From Pirellulales bacterium (GTDB lineage: Bacteria > Planctomycetota > Planctomycetia > Pirellulales > PALSA-1355): 64,000 nucleotides of DNA. The stretch lies in the NCBI GenBank assembly GCA_963733035.1, contig CAVTBU010000010.1, positions 96,001 through 160,000 on the forward strand, read 5' to 3'. Both the position numbers and the translations under genes were made by a program. Under the pieces are notes generated by a model. It was not told the origin of the DNA, made no database searches, and saw nothing but the letters and a program-made list of their open reading frames with translations. Positions 11,650 through 21,691 of this stretch are shown here, piece after piece (the first letter of the stretch is position 1; each line of letters opens with the position of its first letter).

Positions 11650-11904
11650 TCACCCCCCAATCTGTGCAGTCGATTGGGACGGCCGGCGAACCCTATCTTG
11701 CCGGATTCCTTGGGTCAAGATCGATTCGTAGTACGTTAAGGACTTGTCAAGAATGTGTGGCATCCGTGCGTTTAACGGTATTGGTCGGTTGTTCGGAAGG
11801 ATGCTACACTCTCCCGCCCGTCGCCGGCTCTGCTCGGCCGCTTGCTGCCGGCGGCGCGGGGTCAGCTTCCGCACCTAAAAGCGCCAGCGACAAGGAGGTC
11901 GCCG

Positions 11905-13525
11905 TTGCTTTCGAAGTGGCCAATTCGTAACAAACTGCTGTTCGGCATCGGCTTGCTGGTGGTGATCGTGGCCACGCTTTCGGCCAGCGGATTCATCAGC
12001 GTATATGCCTATCGCAGCCTCGTGCGCGAGTCTGCGCGGGCGTGCCGAAGAACTGCCCATGGCCGGAGCCTTGGCACGCGGCGTGAGCGATCTGCGGGTG
12101 ATTGTGGGCGAGGTTCGCAGCGCGCGCAACGTGTTGAGCCCACAGGGACGAATGATCCTGCCTTTGGAAAGGGACGTGCTGCTCAGTCAATTCAATGGCG
12201 GCATGGATCAGGTGCGTAGCACCCTGCAGGAATATCGCCTGCAATTGATTGAGTTGGCCGCTGAAAATCCGCGCGGTTCCGATATCAACGATAGCAGCGC
12301 CGAATGGGAGACCGTTCACAAGATCGAACGCTCGCTCGAGCGAATTGCTGATGCCTCTTTTGACACCGATTGGCCGACCGATGAGGCGAAGATCGACACC
12401 ATCGGCATGGAACTCGACAATCTGCAGGAGCTAACGTGGATCCTGCCGAGCTATCTGCACGAGCGAATTCACGGCTTTGCCGACGAAGTAAAAGGGCACT
12501 ACCGCACGCTGATCGGACTAAATTGGATCACCACGGTGCTGGCCGCGCTGCTGATGTTTCTGGTGATGCGGCTGTTCTATAGCTGGGTTTTTCGCCCGCT
12601 GCAGGTGCTAGTGATGGGAGCCCGCCGTGTGGCGGCCGGCGAGTTTGGCTACCGAATTGCCTTGGACAGACGCGACGAAATTGGCGAATTGGCCGATGCC
12701 ATGAACGACACGATCGCGCGGTTCGAAGCGATTCGCGACGACCTTGACCGGCAGGTTCGCGAGCGCACCAAGCAGGTCGTGCGTAGCGAGCAATTGGCCA
12801 GCGTCGGCTTTCTGGCCGCGGGCGTGGCACACGAGATCAACAATCCCTTGCAGTCGATCGCCTTGTGCGGCGAGTCGCTGGAAAGCCGCGTTGAGGAGGT
12901 GCTCGAAGCGGCACCGACCATCGCCGACTCCGATCGCGAGGTGATCCGCAGCTACGTGAAAATGATTCAGGACGAGGCGTTCCGCTGTAAAGGCATCACC
13001 GAGCGGTTGCTCGACTTTTCGCGGATGGGAGACGTAACGCGTCAGACGACCGACTTGCGCGAGCTGATCGGCGGTGTGATCGACATGGTCGGCCACTTGG
13101 GCCGCTATCAAGACAAGCGTCTCGACCTGGTGCCCGGCGAGGCGGTCGTGGCGCCGGTCAACCCGCAAGAACTCAAGCAAGTGGTGCTTAATCTGATTAC
13201 CAACGGACTCGACAGCCTGTCGCCCGGCGGCGTGCTGTCGATCGAACTGCGCAAATCCAACGACATGGCCGAGATCGTCTTTACCGACGACGGTTGCGGC
13301 ATGACCGAGGAAGTTCTCAAGCACTTGTTCGAGCCGTTCTTTACCCGCCGACGTAGCGGGCAGGGGACCGGACTGGGGCTTTCCATTACCTATCGCATCG
13401 TCGCCGACCACGGCGGACAGATTGACGTGCATAGCGACGGCCCGGGCCGCGGAGCGCGTTTTCGAGTATTGCTGCCCTTGGCCGAGAAGCAGAAGGAGAG
13501 AGATCATCGCTACCAAGCCGCATAA
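11905..13525 (+). CDS. HAMP-domain sensor histidine kinase, frameshift ~12028
   Basis: AAGGAGG then TTG 11905; TM1 in the first frame; HAMP, H-box AGVAHEINNPL, N/G boxes (LNLITNG, DDGCG, GTGLGL) in ORF 12005-13525. Confidence 0.9.
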
Positions 13526-13529
13526 TCGC

Positions 13530-14912
13530 TTGAAACTGTTGTTCGCCGACGACGAGCGCTCGCTGCAAGAGTTGATGAAGATCGAGCTGCCGCGGATGGG
13601 GCACGACGTCACGGTCTGTCCCGACGGATTGACCGCCGTGGCTGCCCTGGAACGCAACAGTTACGACTGCATTCTGGTCGACCTTGACATGCCCGGGCTG
13701 ACCGGCATCGAAGTGATTGCCAAGGCCAAGGAGTACTCGCCTCATACGGATGCCGTGGTGTTGACCGGCAAGTCGTCGATGGAAACCGCCATCGCCGCTT
13801 TACGTCATGGCGCGTTTGACTATCTGACCAAACCCTGCAAGCTCGTTGAGTTGCAGTCGCTGCTCAACCGCGTCTCCGAGAAGCGTGAACTGACGAACAA
13901 GTACCTGGCCATCAAGCGGCAACTCGAACGCGTCGAGGGCAAGAGCCAGCTGATCGGCGAGAGCCCCGCCATGGACCGCGTGCGGACGCTGATCGCCAAG
14001 GTGGCGCCCACCAATAGCACGGCACTCATCCTCGGCGAAACCGGCACCGGCAAGGAACTGGTGGCTCGGGCGCTGCACGATCAGAGCCTGCGGGCCGATA
14101 TGCCGTTCGTGGCCATCAACTGCGGCGCGCTGCCCGAGAGCCTGATCGAAAGCGAATTGTTCGGTCATCGTCGCGGCAGCTTTACCGGCGCCGACGAACA
14201 CCGCGTGGGTTTGTTCGAAGTGGCCAACGGCGGAACGCTGTTTCTCGATGAAATTGGCGAGCTGCCCAAGGCCATGCAAGCCAAGCTGCTGCGGGTGCTC
14301 GAAAGCGGCGAAATCCGTCGCGTGGGCGAGAACGAATCGTTTACGATCGACGTGCGGGTGGTCTGCGCCACGCACCGGCACCTGGAACAGATGGTCGACG
14401 AAGGAGAATTTCGCGAAGACCTGATGTTTCGGATCAACACGTTTGAAATTCACTTGCCTCCGCTGCGCGAGAGGACCGACGACATCGAACTGCTGGCCCG
14501 GCACCTGGTGCAGCGATTCCGCCGCGGCGCCCGACCCGACGATGAGTTGTTCACGCCGGAGGCGATTCGCCTGCTGACCGAGCACAGCTGGCCAGGCAAC
14601 GTCCGCGAGCTGGCCAACGTCATCGAACATGCGACGATTCTCTGTGAATCGGGACCGATTTCGGTGGAGCACCTGCCGCAGCGATTCGAAAACCGCCGGA
14701 TGCGAACGAGCACGGCGGGCGGGTCCGCGCCGTTGAAAGCAGTTGGTTCGGGTTCGCAGACCCTGCGCGAAATCGAAATGCAGGTTATCTACCAGACACT
14801 CGAGCGGCTGGGAGGCAATAAGCCGAAGGCCGCCGAAGAGCTCGGCATCAGCCTGAAGACGCTCTACAACAAGCTGAACCAATCGAGCGCGGCGTTGGAG
14901 CGTTCGGCATAA
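13530..14912 (+). CDS. Sigma54-dependent response regulator (NtrC family); start uncertain
   Basis: Receiver (LFADDE, DLDMP), AAA+ [31 protein letters not shown], Fis-type HTH. Confidence 0.93.
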   Translation: MKLLFADDERSLQELMKIELPRMGHDVTVCPDGLTAVAALERNSYDCILVDLDMPGLTGIEVIAKAKEYSPHTDAVVLTGKSSMETAIAALRHGAFDYLTKPCKLVELQSLLNRVSEKRELTNKYLAIKRQLERVEGKSQLIGESPAMDRVRTLIAKVAPTNSTALILGETGTGKELVARALHDQSLRADMPFVAINCGALPESLIESELFGHRRGSFTGADEHRVGLFEVANGGTLFLDEIGELPKAMQAKLLRVLESGEIRRVGENESFTIDVRVVCATHRHLEQMVDEGEFREDLMFRINTFEIHLPPLRERTDDIELLARHLVQRFRRGARPDDELFTPEAIRLLTEHSWPGNVRELANVIEHATILCESGPISVEHLPQRFENRRMRTSTAGGSAPLKAVGSGSQTLREIEMQVIYQTLERLGGNKPKAAEELGISLKTLYNKLNQSSAALERSA

Positions 14913-14999
14913 GCGCCACGGTGCGATTGCCAGGTGATTGCCGGAGTGATCGCGTGTTCCGCGGCCATTGCTCACACGGCGCTGCGTGATCCCGGCGGA

Positions 15000-15602
15000 T
15001 TATTCCACCTGCCGCACGACGCCAACGACAACGCCGAGGATTTTGGCGTGCTTGACGTAGATGGGTTTCATCGTGGCGTTGGCGGGCTCGAGGCGGATGC
15101 GATTCTTTTCCAGGTAAAATCGTTTCAACGTGGCCTCGCCTTCGTCGGTTTGCACGACCGCGATTTGACCGTCGCGAGCGGTGCGTTGCTTGCGAACGAC
15201 CACGAAGTCGCCGTCGGCAATTTGGGCGTCGATCATCGACTCGCCCGACACCTCCAGTACGAACAAGTTCTTGTGATCGAACATCGCGCCGAAGTCGATC
15301 CGCTCGTCCTGTTCGATGGCTTCGTGCAGCACGCCGGCGGCAATGCGGCCGGCTAGCGGCAGACCACGGTCTTCGATCGACTCGGCAGCCAGTTGAATGG
15401 CCCGCGACATATTCGGCTCGCGTGTGATCAGCCCCTTCTTTTCCAGGGCCTTCAGATGGCACATCACGCCGTTTGGCGAGCTGATGCGAAAATAATCGCC
15501 GATCTCGCGGACCGTCGGGCCGTAACCGCGATTTCGAATCTTGTCGCGAATGAATTCGTAAACGTCCTTCTGTCGCTCGGTCAATTGGTCCGTTACGGAC
15601 AT
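15000..15602 (-). CDS. lexA: SOS repressor LexA
   Basis: LTERQ..PTVREIG..HLKALEKKG wHTH; GRIAAG cleavage site; GESM (Ser) and ATLKR (Lys) catalytic dyad. Confidence 0.95.
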   Translation of the reverse strand: MSVTDQLTERQKDVYEFIRDKIRNRGYGPTVREIGDYFRISSPNGVMCHLKALEKKGLITREPNMSRAIQLAAESIEDRGLPLAGRIAAGVLHEAIEQDERIDFGAMFDHKNLFVLEVSGESMIDAQIADGDFVVVRKQRTARDGQIAVVQTDEGEATLKRFYLEKNRIRLEPANATMKPIYVKHAKILGVVVGVVRQVE

Positions 15603-15648
15603 GATCCAGGGCTTCCTGTGGGGGTTGGCGGAATGTCACCGCGACTTC

Positions 15649-15690
15649 ACTATAATATACGCCTGTACATAATCAATAGCATCTGTACAC
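15649..15690 (-). promoter_or_regulatory. Putative lexA sigma70 promoter with candidate LexA operator(s)
   Basis: Minus strand TTGATT (15676-15671), 16 nt, TATAGT (15654-15649); the spacer is the imperfect palindrome ATGTAC-AGGC-GTATAT; CTGTACA is repeated 20 bp apart. Confidence 0.55.
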
Positions 15691-15849
15691 CATCGGCGGA
15701 AAATCCCCGATTTCTTGAGCCGTTCACCTAGCCGTCGCGACCGGAAAAGGCCGATACGTACCCATGCGCGGCCATCGATTTGCATTGACCCGACCTGGGT
15801 CTTGCGAAAGAATGCTTTGTAGACGTATCTGCCACGCTGGCTGGGGAAT

Positions 15850-16316
15850 ATGGTTCATTCGCTGCTATCCCTGATGCTGTTGGCAACCCAGGTCCTTTCC
15901 TGGAATGCCGCGCCGCTGTTCCTGTGCCTGGACGCGGATGGCTCGGTGTGCATCGACTTCGGACCGGACAGTTGCGGCTGCTGTCACCAGGACGCTGGCA
16001 CCGCCGATGATGGCCATGAGCATGCCGGGTGCGGCCACGCCGAACGCGACCGCGCCACGTGCGACTCGCGGACTTCGCAGGCGACTTCGGTTCCTTGCGG
16101 CTGCGAGCACGTGCAGCTTTCCGATCAGCAGACGGCCACGCTCGACCGGGCTCCGCTGGATGGCGCGAGCGGGCCGCTGGGTCAGCCGGTGGCCATCCAC
16201 TCTTGCTCGAACCCGCAGGTGCTCGGCCGGGTCGGCGCTGCCACCGGTGCTGCCCATCGATTGCCGGCTTCAACCGACGCGATCATGCTGCGCGCGGCAT
16301 CGTGCTGCGCTGTTGA
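15850..16316 (+). CDS. Exported Cys/His-rich small protein heading the metal-efflux locus (probable frameshift ~16290)
   Basis: Signal-like N-terminus, CLDADGSVC, CGCCH..HEHAGCGH, CGCEH; the alternative frame ends ...GIVLRC-stop at 16316. The 449-aa ORF is an apparent artefactual fusion with the next gene. Confidence 0.55.
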
Positions 16317-16484
16317 ATTTGCGCCCCCCGGGTGCGGATTTATCTTGCGTAGCCTGAGCGTTCTTTCATGGACGTCCGGTTTCGCGACGCACTCTCTGGC
16401 TTCGCGTCGATCACGGTTTTGGTTCTGTTTCACGTACCGAATTGCGCGCCGCCTGGTGGCAGCGCGTTCTTCAGGAGCATCCCG

Positions 16485-18104
16485 ATGTCCATCGCCTCTC
16501 CTACCCGCTCAGACAGCCCTGCACCGCGCATTGAGCCGCGCACGATCGCGCCATCGCGGCCGCCAACTGCTGGCACTCGTGACGGGCAACCTGCCGAGCA
16601 TCCTGGTATTCGCGCTGCTTGGCGGAGTGCTGTTGTTGGGGCACGAGACCGGCTGGAAGCTACCGTCGCTTTCGGCCTTGTCCGGTAGCTCGTCGGCCGC
16701 CAGCGATGATTGGTGCGCCGAGCATCTCGTGCCCGAGGCAAGCTGCGTCGAGTGTCGCGACGGACTGCTTCCCAAGTTGCCTTCGTTCGGCTTCTGCCGC
16801 ACGCATGGGGTGGCAGAGTGCGTAATCTGTCATCCGGAACTGGCCCAGGTGCGCGGCGAGCCGCGGTTGCCGGCCTACGACACCGCGGCCGCGCTGGCGG
16901 TGATGGATCGTCCGACGAACAACAGCCGCAATATGCTCCACGAGCGGCTGGTGCAATTTGCCTCGGCCGAGAGCGCAGAAGGCTGGCGTGATGGTGAATG
17001 TGGTGCAGGAAGAGCCCATGAGCGACATCGTGAAGGCCAACGGCGAGATCCAATTCGATCCCACACGCGTGGCGCATCTCTCGCCGCGCGCCGGGAACGG
17101 TGGCACAGGTATTCAAGATCGTGGGCGACGACGTGCACGCCGGCGACGTATTGGCGCTGGTCGACGTGGCTGCTGTCGGTCAGGCCAAAGCCGACTTGAT
17201 CCAGGCGATTGTCGCCAGGCGTCTTCGCGCAACGAACCTTGAACGCGTGAAAGCCGCGGGCGTTGGCGTGGCTGGAATTCGAATCACGGAGGCGGAGGCG
17301 GCGTTGGAAGAGGCCGACGTGCGACTGATTTCCGCTCGGCAGGCCCTGGTAAACCTGGGGTTGGAAGTACCCGAAGAGCTTGGCGACGCCGATCCGAGAC
17401 AAGTCGCCGAGGACCTGCGGTTCTTGGGCATTCCTACCGAGATTGTTGCCATGCTACCGGCCGGCACACGGTCGGCCAATCTGTATGCCGTGCGAGCACC
17501 GTACGACGGCGTGGTGGTTTCCTCCGACAGCGTGCTGGGCGAGGTGGTTAGCCAAGGCGACGTGCTTTATACGGTGGCCGATCCGCGGCGGATGTGGCTA
17601 ACGCTGGCCGTGCCGCAAGAAGATGCTCGCTATGTCAAACCGGGGCTGGCCGTGAAGTTCAGCACGGACGAGGCGGCTCAAGAGGTTAACGGAAGCATCT
17701 CCTGGGTCAGCACCACGATCGACCAACGGACGCGAACCTTGCAGGCTCGAGTCGTACTCGATAACTCCAGCGGTCGGCTCAAGGATAAGACTTTCGGTAC
17801 CGGCCGGATTGTGCTCCGCGAAGAGCCGCGGGCGATTGTCGTGCCGCGCGAGGCGGTGCAGGCCACGGCCGACGCGACGTTCGTGTTCGTGCGAGACAAG
17901 AACTACCTGACCAAGGGCGCCCCGAAGGTATTCCACGTGCGTCAGGTGCGCACCGGAGCAGCGGACGACGCGCACGTCGAGTTGTTAGCCGGGGTGCTGC
18001 CCGGCGAGGTGGTCGCGACGACGGGAAGCAACGTGCTGCTATCGCAATTGCTCCGCAGCAACCTCGGCGCTGGGTGCGGCTGCCACGACGCTTCGGCCAA
18101 GTAA
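16485..18104 (+). CDS. CzcB/CusB-like RND periplasmic adaptor with N-terminal Cys/His repeats (three frameshifts: ~16530, ~16975, ~17095)
   Basis: CAGGAG then ATG 16485; TM; WCAEHLVPEASCVEC and FCRTHGVAECVICHPEL; barrel-sandwich motifs (GDDVHAGDVLA, VRAPYDGVV, TRTLQARV); C-terminal GAGCGCH. Confidence 0.82.
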
Positions 18105-18117
18105 GGAAACACACGCC

Positions 18118-21100
18118 GTGGACCTGCTCAATCGGATTATCGACTTTTCGCTGCACAATCGGCTGATCGTGCTGATCGGCACGGGCCTTGCCGTGGTGAC
18201 GGGTGTCTATGCGCTCGGGCAATTGGACATCGACGCATTTCCGGACAGCACGCCCGTGCAGGTGCAGATCAACACGACCGCGCCGGCGCTGCGCCGGAGG
18301 AAGTCGAGCGGCTGATCACATTTCCGATCGAGCAGGCGATCAGCGGCCTGCCGGGGCTCGAGCAACTGCGTTCGATTTCCAAGTTCGGTTTGTCGCAGGT
18401 GGTGGTGCTGTTCGAAGACGGGGTAGATATTTACTTCGCGCGGCAATTGATCAACGAGCGACTGGCCACGGTGGAAATGCCGCCGGAAGTGGCGCGGCCC
18501 AAGATGGGACCCGTGGCCACGGGGCTCGGCGAGGTGTTCCATTATGTCGTTTCGGGGCAGGGAACCGATCCGACGGATTTGCGGACGATTCACGACTGGG
18601 TGATCAAACCGCCGATGCGCACCGTGCCGGGCACGGCCGAGATCAACAGTTGGGGCGGTTATGAAAAGCAGTACCAGATTCGCATCGACCCCCAGCGGCT
18701 GATCGAGCACGGACTGACGTTCGGCGAAGTGGTCGAGGCGGTCAAAAAGAACAACTTCAATGTTGGCGGCGGCAACATCAGCCGGCCCAGCGGCATGCTC
18801 TTGGTGCAAGGAGTCGGTCGCACGGTCAACGTGGAGGAGATTCGTAACATCGTGGTCGCGGCCCAGGACGGCGTGCCGATTCGCACCTCCGACGTGGCCG
18901 ACGTCCAGATCGGTCACGAAATTCGCCGCGGCGCGGTTACGGCCGACGGCAAGGGCGAAGTCGTGCTCGGCCTCGGCTTCATGCTGATGGGCGAAAATAG
19001 CCACGAGGTGACTTGGAATCTTCGCGAAAAGCTCAAGGAAGTAGCTGCCACGCTGCCCCCCAATGTCGAGGTGACGCCGGTCTACGATCGCACGGAACTG
19101 GTCAACTACGTGATCGACACCGTCCGTAAGAACCTCTTCGAGGGCGGGCTGCTGGTCGTGGCCGTGCTGTTCGCGTTCCTTGGCAACCTGCGGGCGGCGG
19201 CCATCGTGGCCCTGGCGATTCCGCTTTCGATGCTGTTCGCCTTTACGGGCATGTGGCGGTTTAGCATTGCCGCCAGCCTGTTGAGTTTGGGGGCGATCGA
19301 TTTCGGCATGATCGTCGACAGCTCGGTGGTGATGATCGAAAACTGCGTTCGGCACCTGGCGCACAACACCGACGGCCGTGATCGGTTGGACGTGATTCGC
19401 GACGCCGCGGTTGAGGTACGCCGGCCCACGCTGTTCGGCGAAATGATCATCATGATCGTTTACCTGCCGATCCTCACGCTAGAGGGGATCGAGGGCAAGC
19501 TGTTTCGCCCGATGGCTCTGACGGTGATCTTCGCGCTGGTTGGTTCGATGATCGTATCGCTGACACTGATGCCGGTGCTGGCCAGCTTTCTACTGCCCAA
19601 GAAGATCGCCGAACGCGAGCCGATGCTGATGCGCTTGGCACATGCCATTCACCGGCCGGTGCTGAACTTTGCCATGCACCACAAGCTGGCCGTGCTGGGG
19701 TTTGCGGCGAGCGTTTTGATTGTGGCCTTTGGCATGATCGCGCCGCATCTCGGATCGGAATTCGTGCCCCGGCTTTCCGAGGGAGCGATTGCGATTGGCG
19801 TGGTGCGGTTGGCCGGTACGGATCTGGAAGAGTCGATTCGCTACAACACCGAGATGGAGCGGGCGATCCTGCAAGAATTTCCCGACGAGGTGCAGCACGT
19901 CTGGAGCCGCGTCGGCAGCGCCGAAGTTGCCACCGATCCGATGGGCGTGGAACTGACCGATACGTTCGTCACGCTGAAGCCGCGCTCCGAGTGGACCAAG
20001 GCCCGCACGCAGGCGGAGTTCACCGAGAAACTCGACAAGCTGCTCCGCGATCTGCCGGGCCAGCGGTTGTCGTACTCGCAGCCGATTGAAATGCGCATGA
20101 ACGAGATGGTTTCCGGCGTGCGTGCCGATTTGGGAATCAAACTGTTCGGCGACGACTTCGACGTGCTGGTGGAGAAGGCCGGCGAAATTGAGGCCGTGCT
20201 GCGGTCGATACCGGGTAATGCCGACGTGGCGGTTGAACAGATCACCGGTCAGCCCGTGTTGCAAGTGAAGGTCGACCAGGAGCAGATTGCCCGTTACGGG
20301 GTCTCGGCCCAAGCGGTGCTGGAACTGGTCGAATCGATTGGCTCGAAGCCGCTGGGCGAAATCGTGGAAGGGCAGCTGCGATTTCCGCTGATCGTGCGGC
20401 TGCCGGAAGACGTGCGGCAAAGTCCCGAGTCGATCGGCGCAATGCTCATCGCCACGCCCTCGGGCGAGCGGATACCGCTTTCGCGGCTGGCCAAGGTCGA
20501 GATCGTCGAAGGACCATCAACGATTACCCGTGAATGGTATCAGCGGCGGATTACGATCACCTCGAACGTTCGCGGCCGCGACCTGGGCAGCTTCGTGGCC
20601 GAGGCCCGCCGGCGAATTGCCGACGAGGTGGCGCTTCCGTCGGGACGTTATCGCTTGGAGTACGGCGGGCAGTTCGAAAACCTGGAGCGCGCCCGCACAC
20701 GGCTGTTGATCGTGGTGCCGGTGTCGCTGGCGTTGATATTCATGCTGCTGTATTTCACGTATCACAACCTGGTCGACGCGCTGCGGGTTTTTACCGGAAT
20801 TCCCTTTGCCTGGGTGGGTGGTATTTTCGCCCTCTGGCTGCGCGATATGCCGTTCTCGATTTCCGCCGGCGTCGGCTTCATTGCCATGTCGGGCGTGGCA
20901 GTGCTGGACGACATGATTCTGGTGTCTTACATCCGGCAACTCCGCGGCGCGGTCTGCCGCTCGACGCGGCGGTGACCCAGGCAGCGGTGACGCGGCTGCG
21001 GCCGGTGCTGATGACGACGCTCGTGGCAGCGCTCGGTTTTCTGCCGATGGCGCTGAGCACGGGCATGGGCGCCGAAGTGCAGCGGCCGTTGGCCACGGTA

Positions 21101-21253
21101 GTGATCGGCGGCGTAATCGGTTCGATGGTGATGTCGCTGTTGGTGCTTCGCGTGCTGTATATGGTCTTCAGCAAGGTGGCCGGTCGCGATGACGACGCGC
21201 CAACGGAATCGCTCGCAGGCGAAGAAGAGAAGTTGGCGACCTTGGTTTCTTAG
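18118..21253 (+). CDS. czcA: CusA/CzcA-family heavy-metal RND permease (frameshifts ~18290 and ~20950)
   Basis: IDAFPD, GPVATGLGEVF, SLGAIDFGMIVDSSVVMIEN, EGKLFRPMA, RLRPVLMT, GAEVQRPLATVVIGG. Confidence 0.9.
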
Positions 21254-21292
21254 CAGTCGGTCGAATTATTCGACGGAGTATTGGGTTGAACG

Positions 21293-21667
21293 ATGAACCT
21301 CAAGGAGTTTGCAATGCAACGGATGTTTTCCGGAATGGTCGTGTGCGCGCTGTTTGCGGTCGTGGCGCTGACGGGCGGTTGTGCCGATAGCGAAATGCCG
21401 CACGATGAGCATGCCGTCGATCCCGCAGCTACATCACAGGCTCACTCGCACGACGGTTGGTGGTGCGACGAGCATGGCGTGCCCGAGGAAGCGTGTGCCC
21501 TGTGCAACACGAAGCTGGCGGCCGACTTTCAGAAGAAGGGGGATTGGTGCGAGGAGCACGACCGCCCCGACTCGCAATGCTTCAAGTGCCATCCGGAGCT
21601 GGAAGCCAAGTTCGCCGCGCAATACGAAGCGATGTACGGTAAGCAGCCGCCGAAGCCTGAGGGGTGA
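21293..21667 (+). CDS. Small Cys/His-rich lipoprotein, candidate periplasmic metal chaperone
   Basis: Lipobox-like LTGGC; HDEH, HSHD; WCDEHGVPEEACALC and WCEEHDRPDSQCFKCHPEL; start may be ATG 21314 (AAGGAG upstream). Confidence 0.75.
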   Translation: MNLKEFAMQRMFSGMVVCALFAVVALTGGCADSEMPHDEHAVDPAATSQAHSHDGWWCDEHGVPEEACALCNTKLAADFQKKGDWCEEHDRPDSQCFKCHPELEAKFAAQYEAMYGKQPPKPEG

Positions 21668-21691
21668 GGACGAGGTTGTCGGGAACGACGG

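Noticed and set aside
15850..17199. 449-aa fusion of the Cys-rich protein and RND adaptor
   Set aside because: The middle is non-protein-like; a separate stop (16316) and SD/ATG (16485) exist in other frames
18118..21253. Programmed frameshifting or phase variation in czcA/czcB and other split genes
   Set aside because: No slippery heptamers or long homopolymers at the switches, and housekeeping genes are hit equally; sequencing error is simpler
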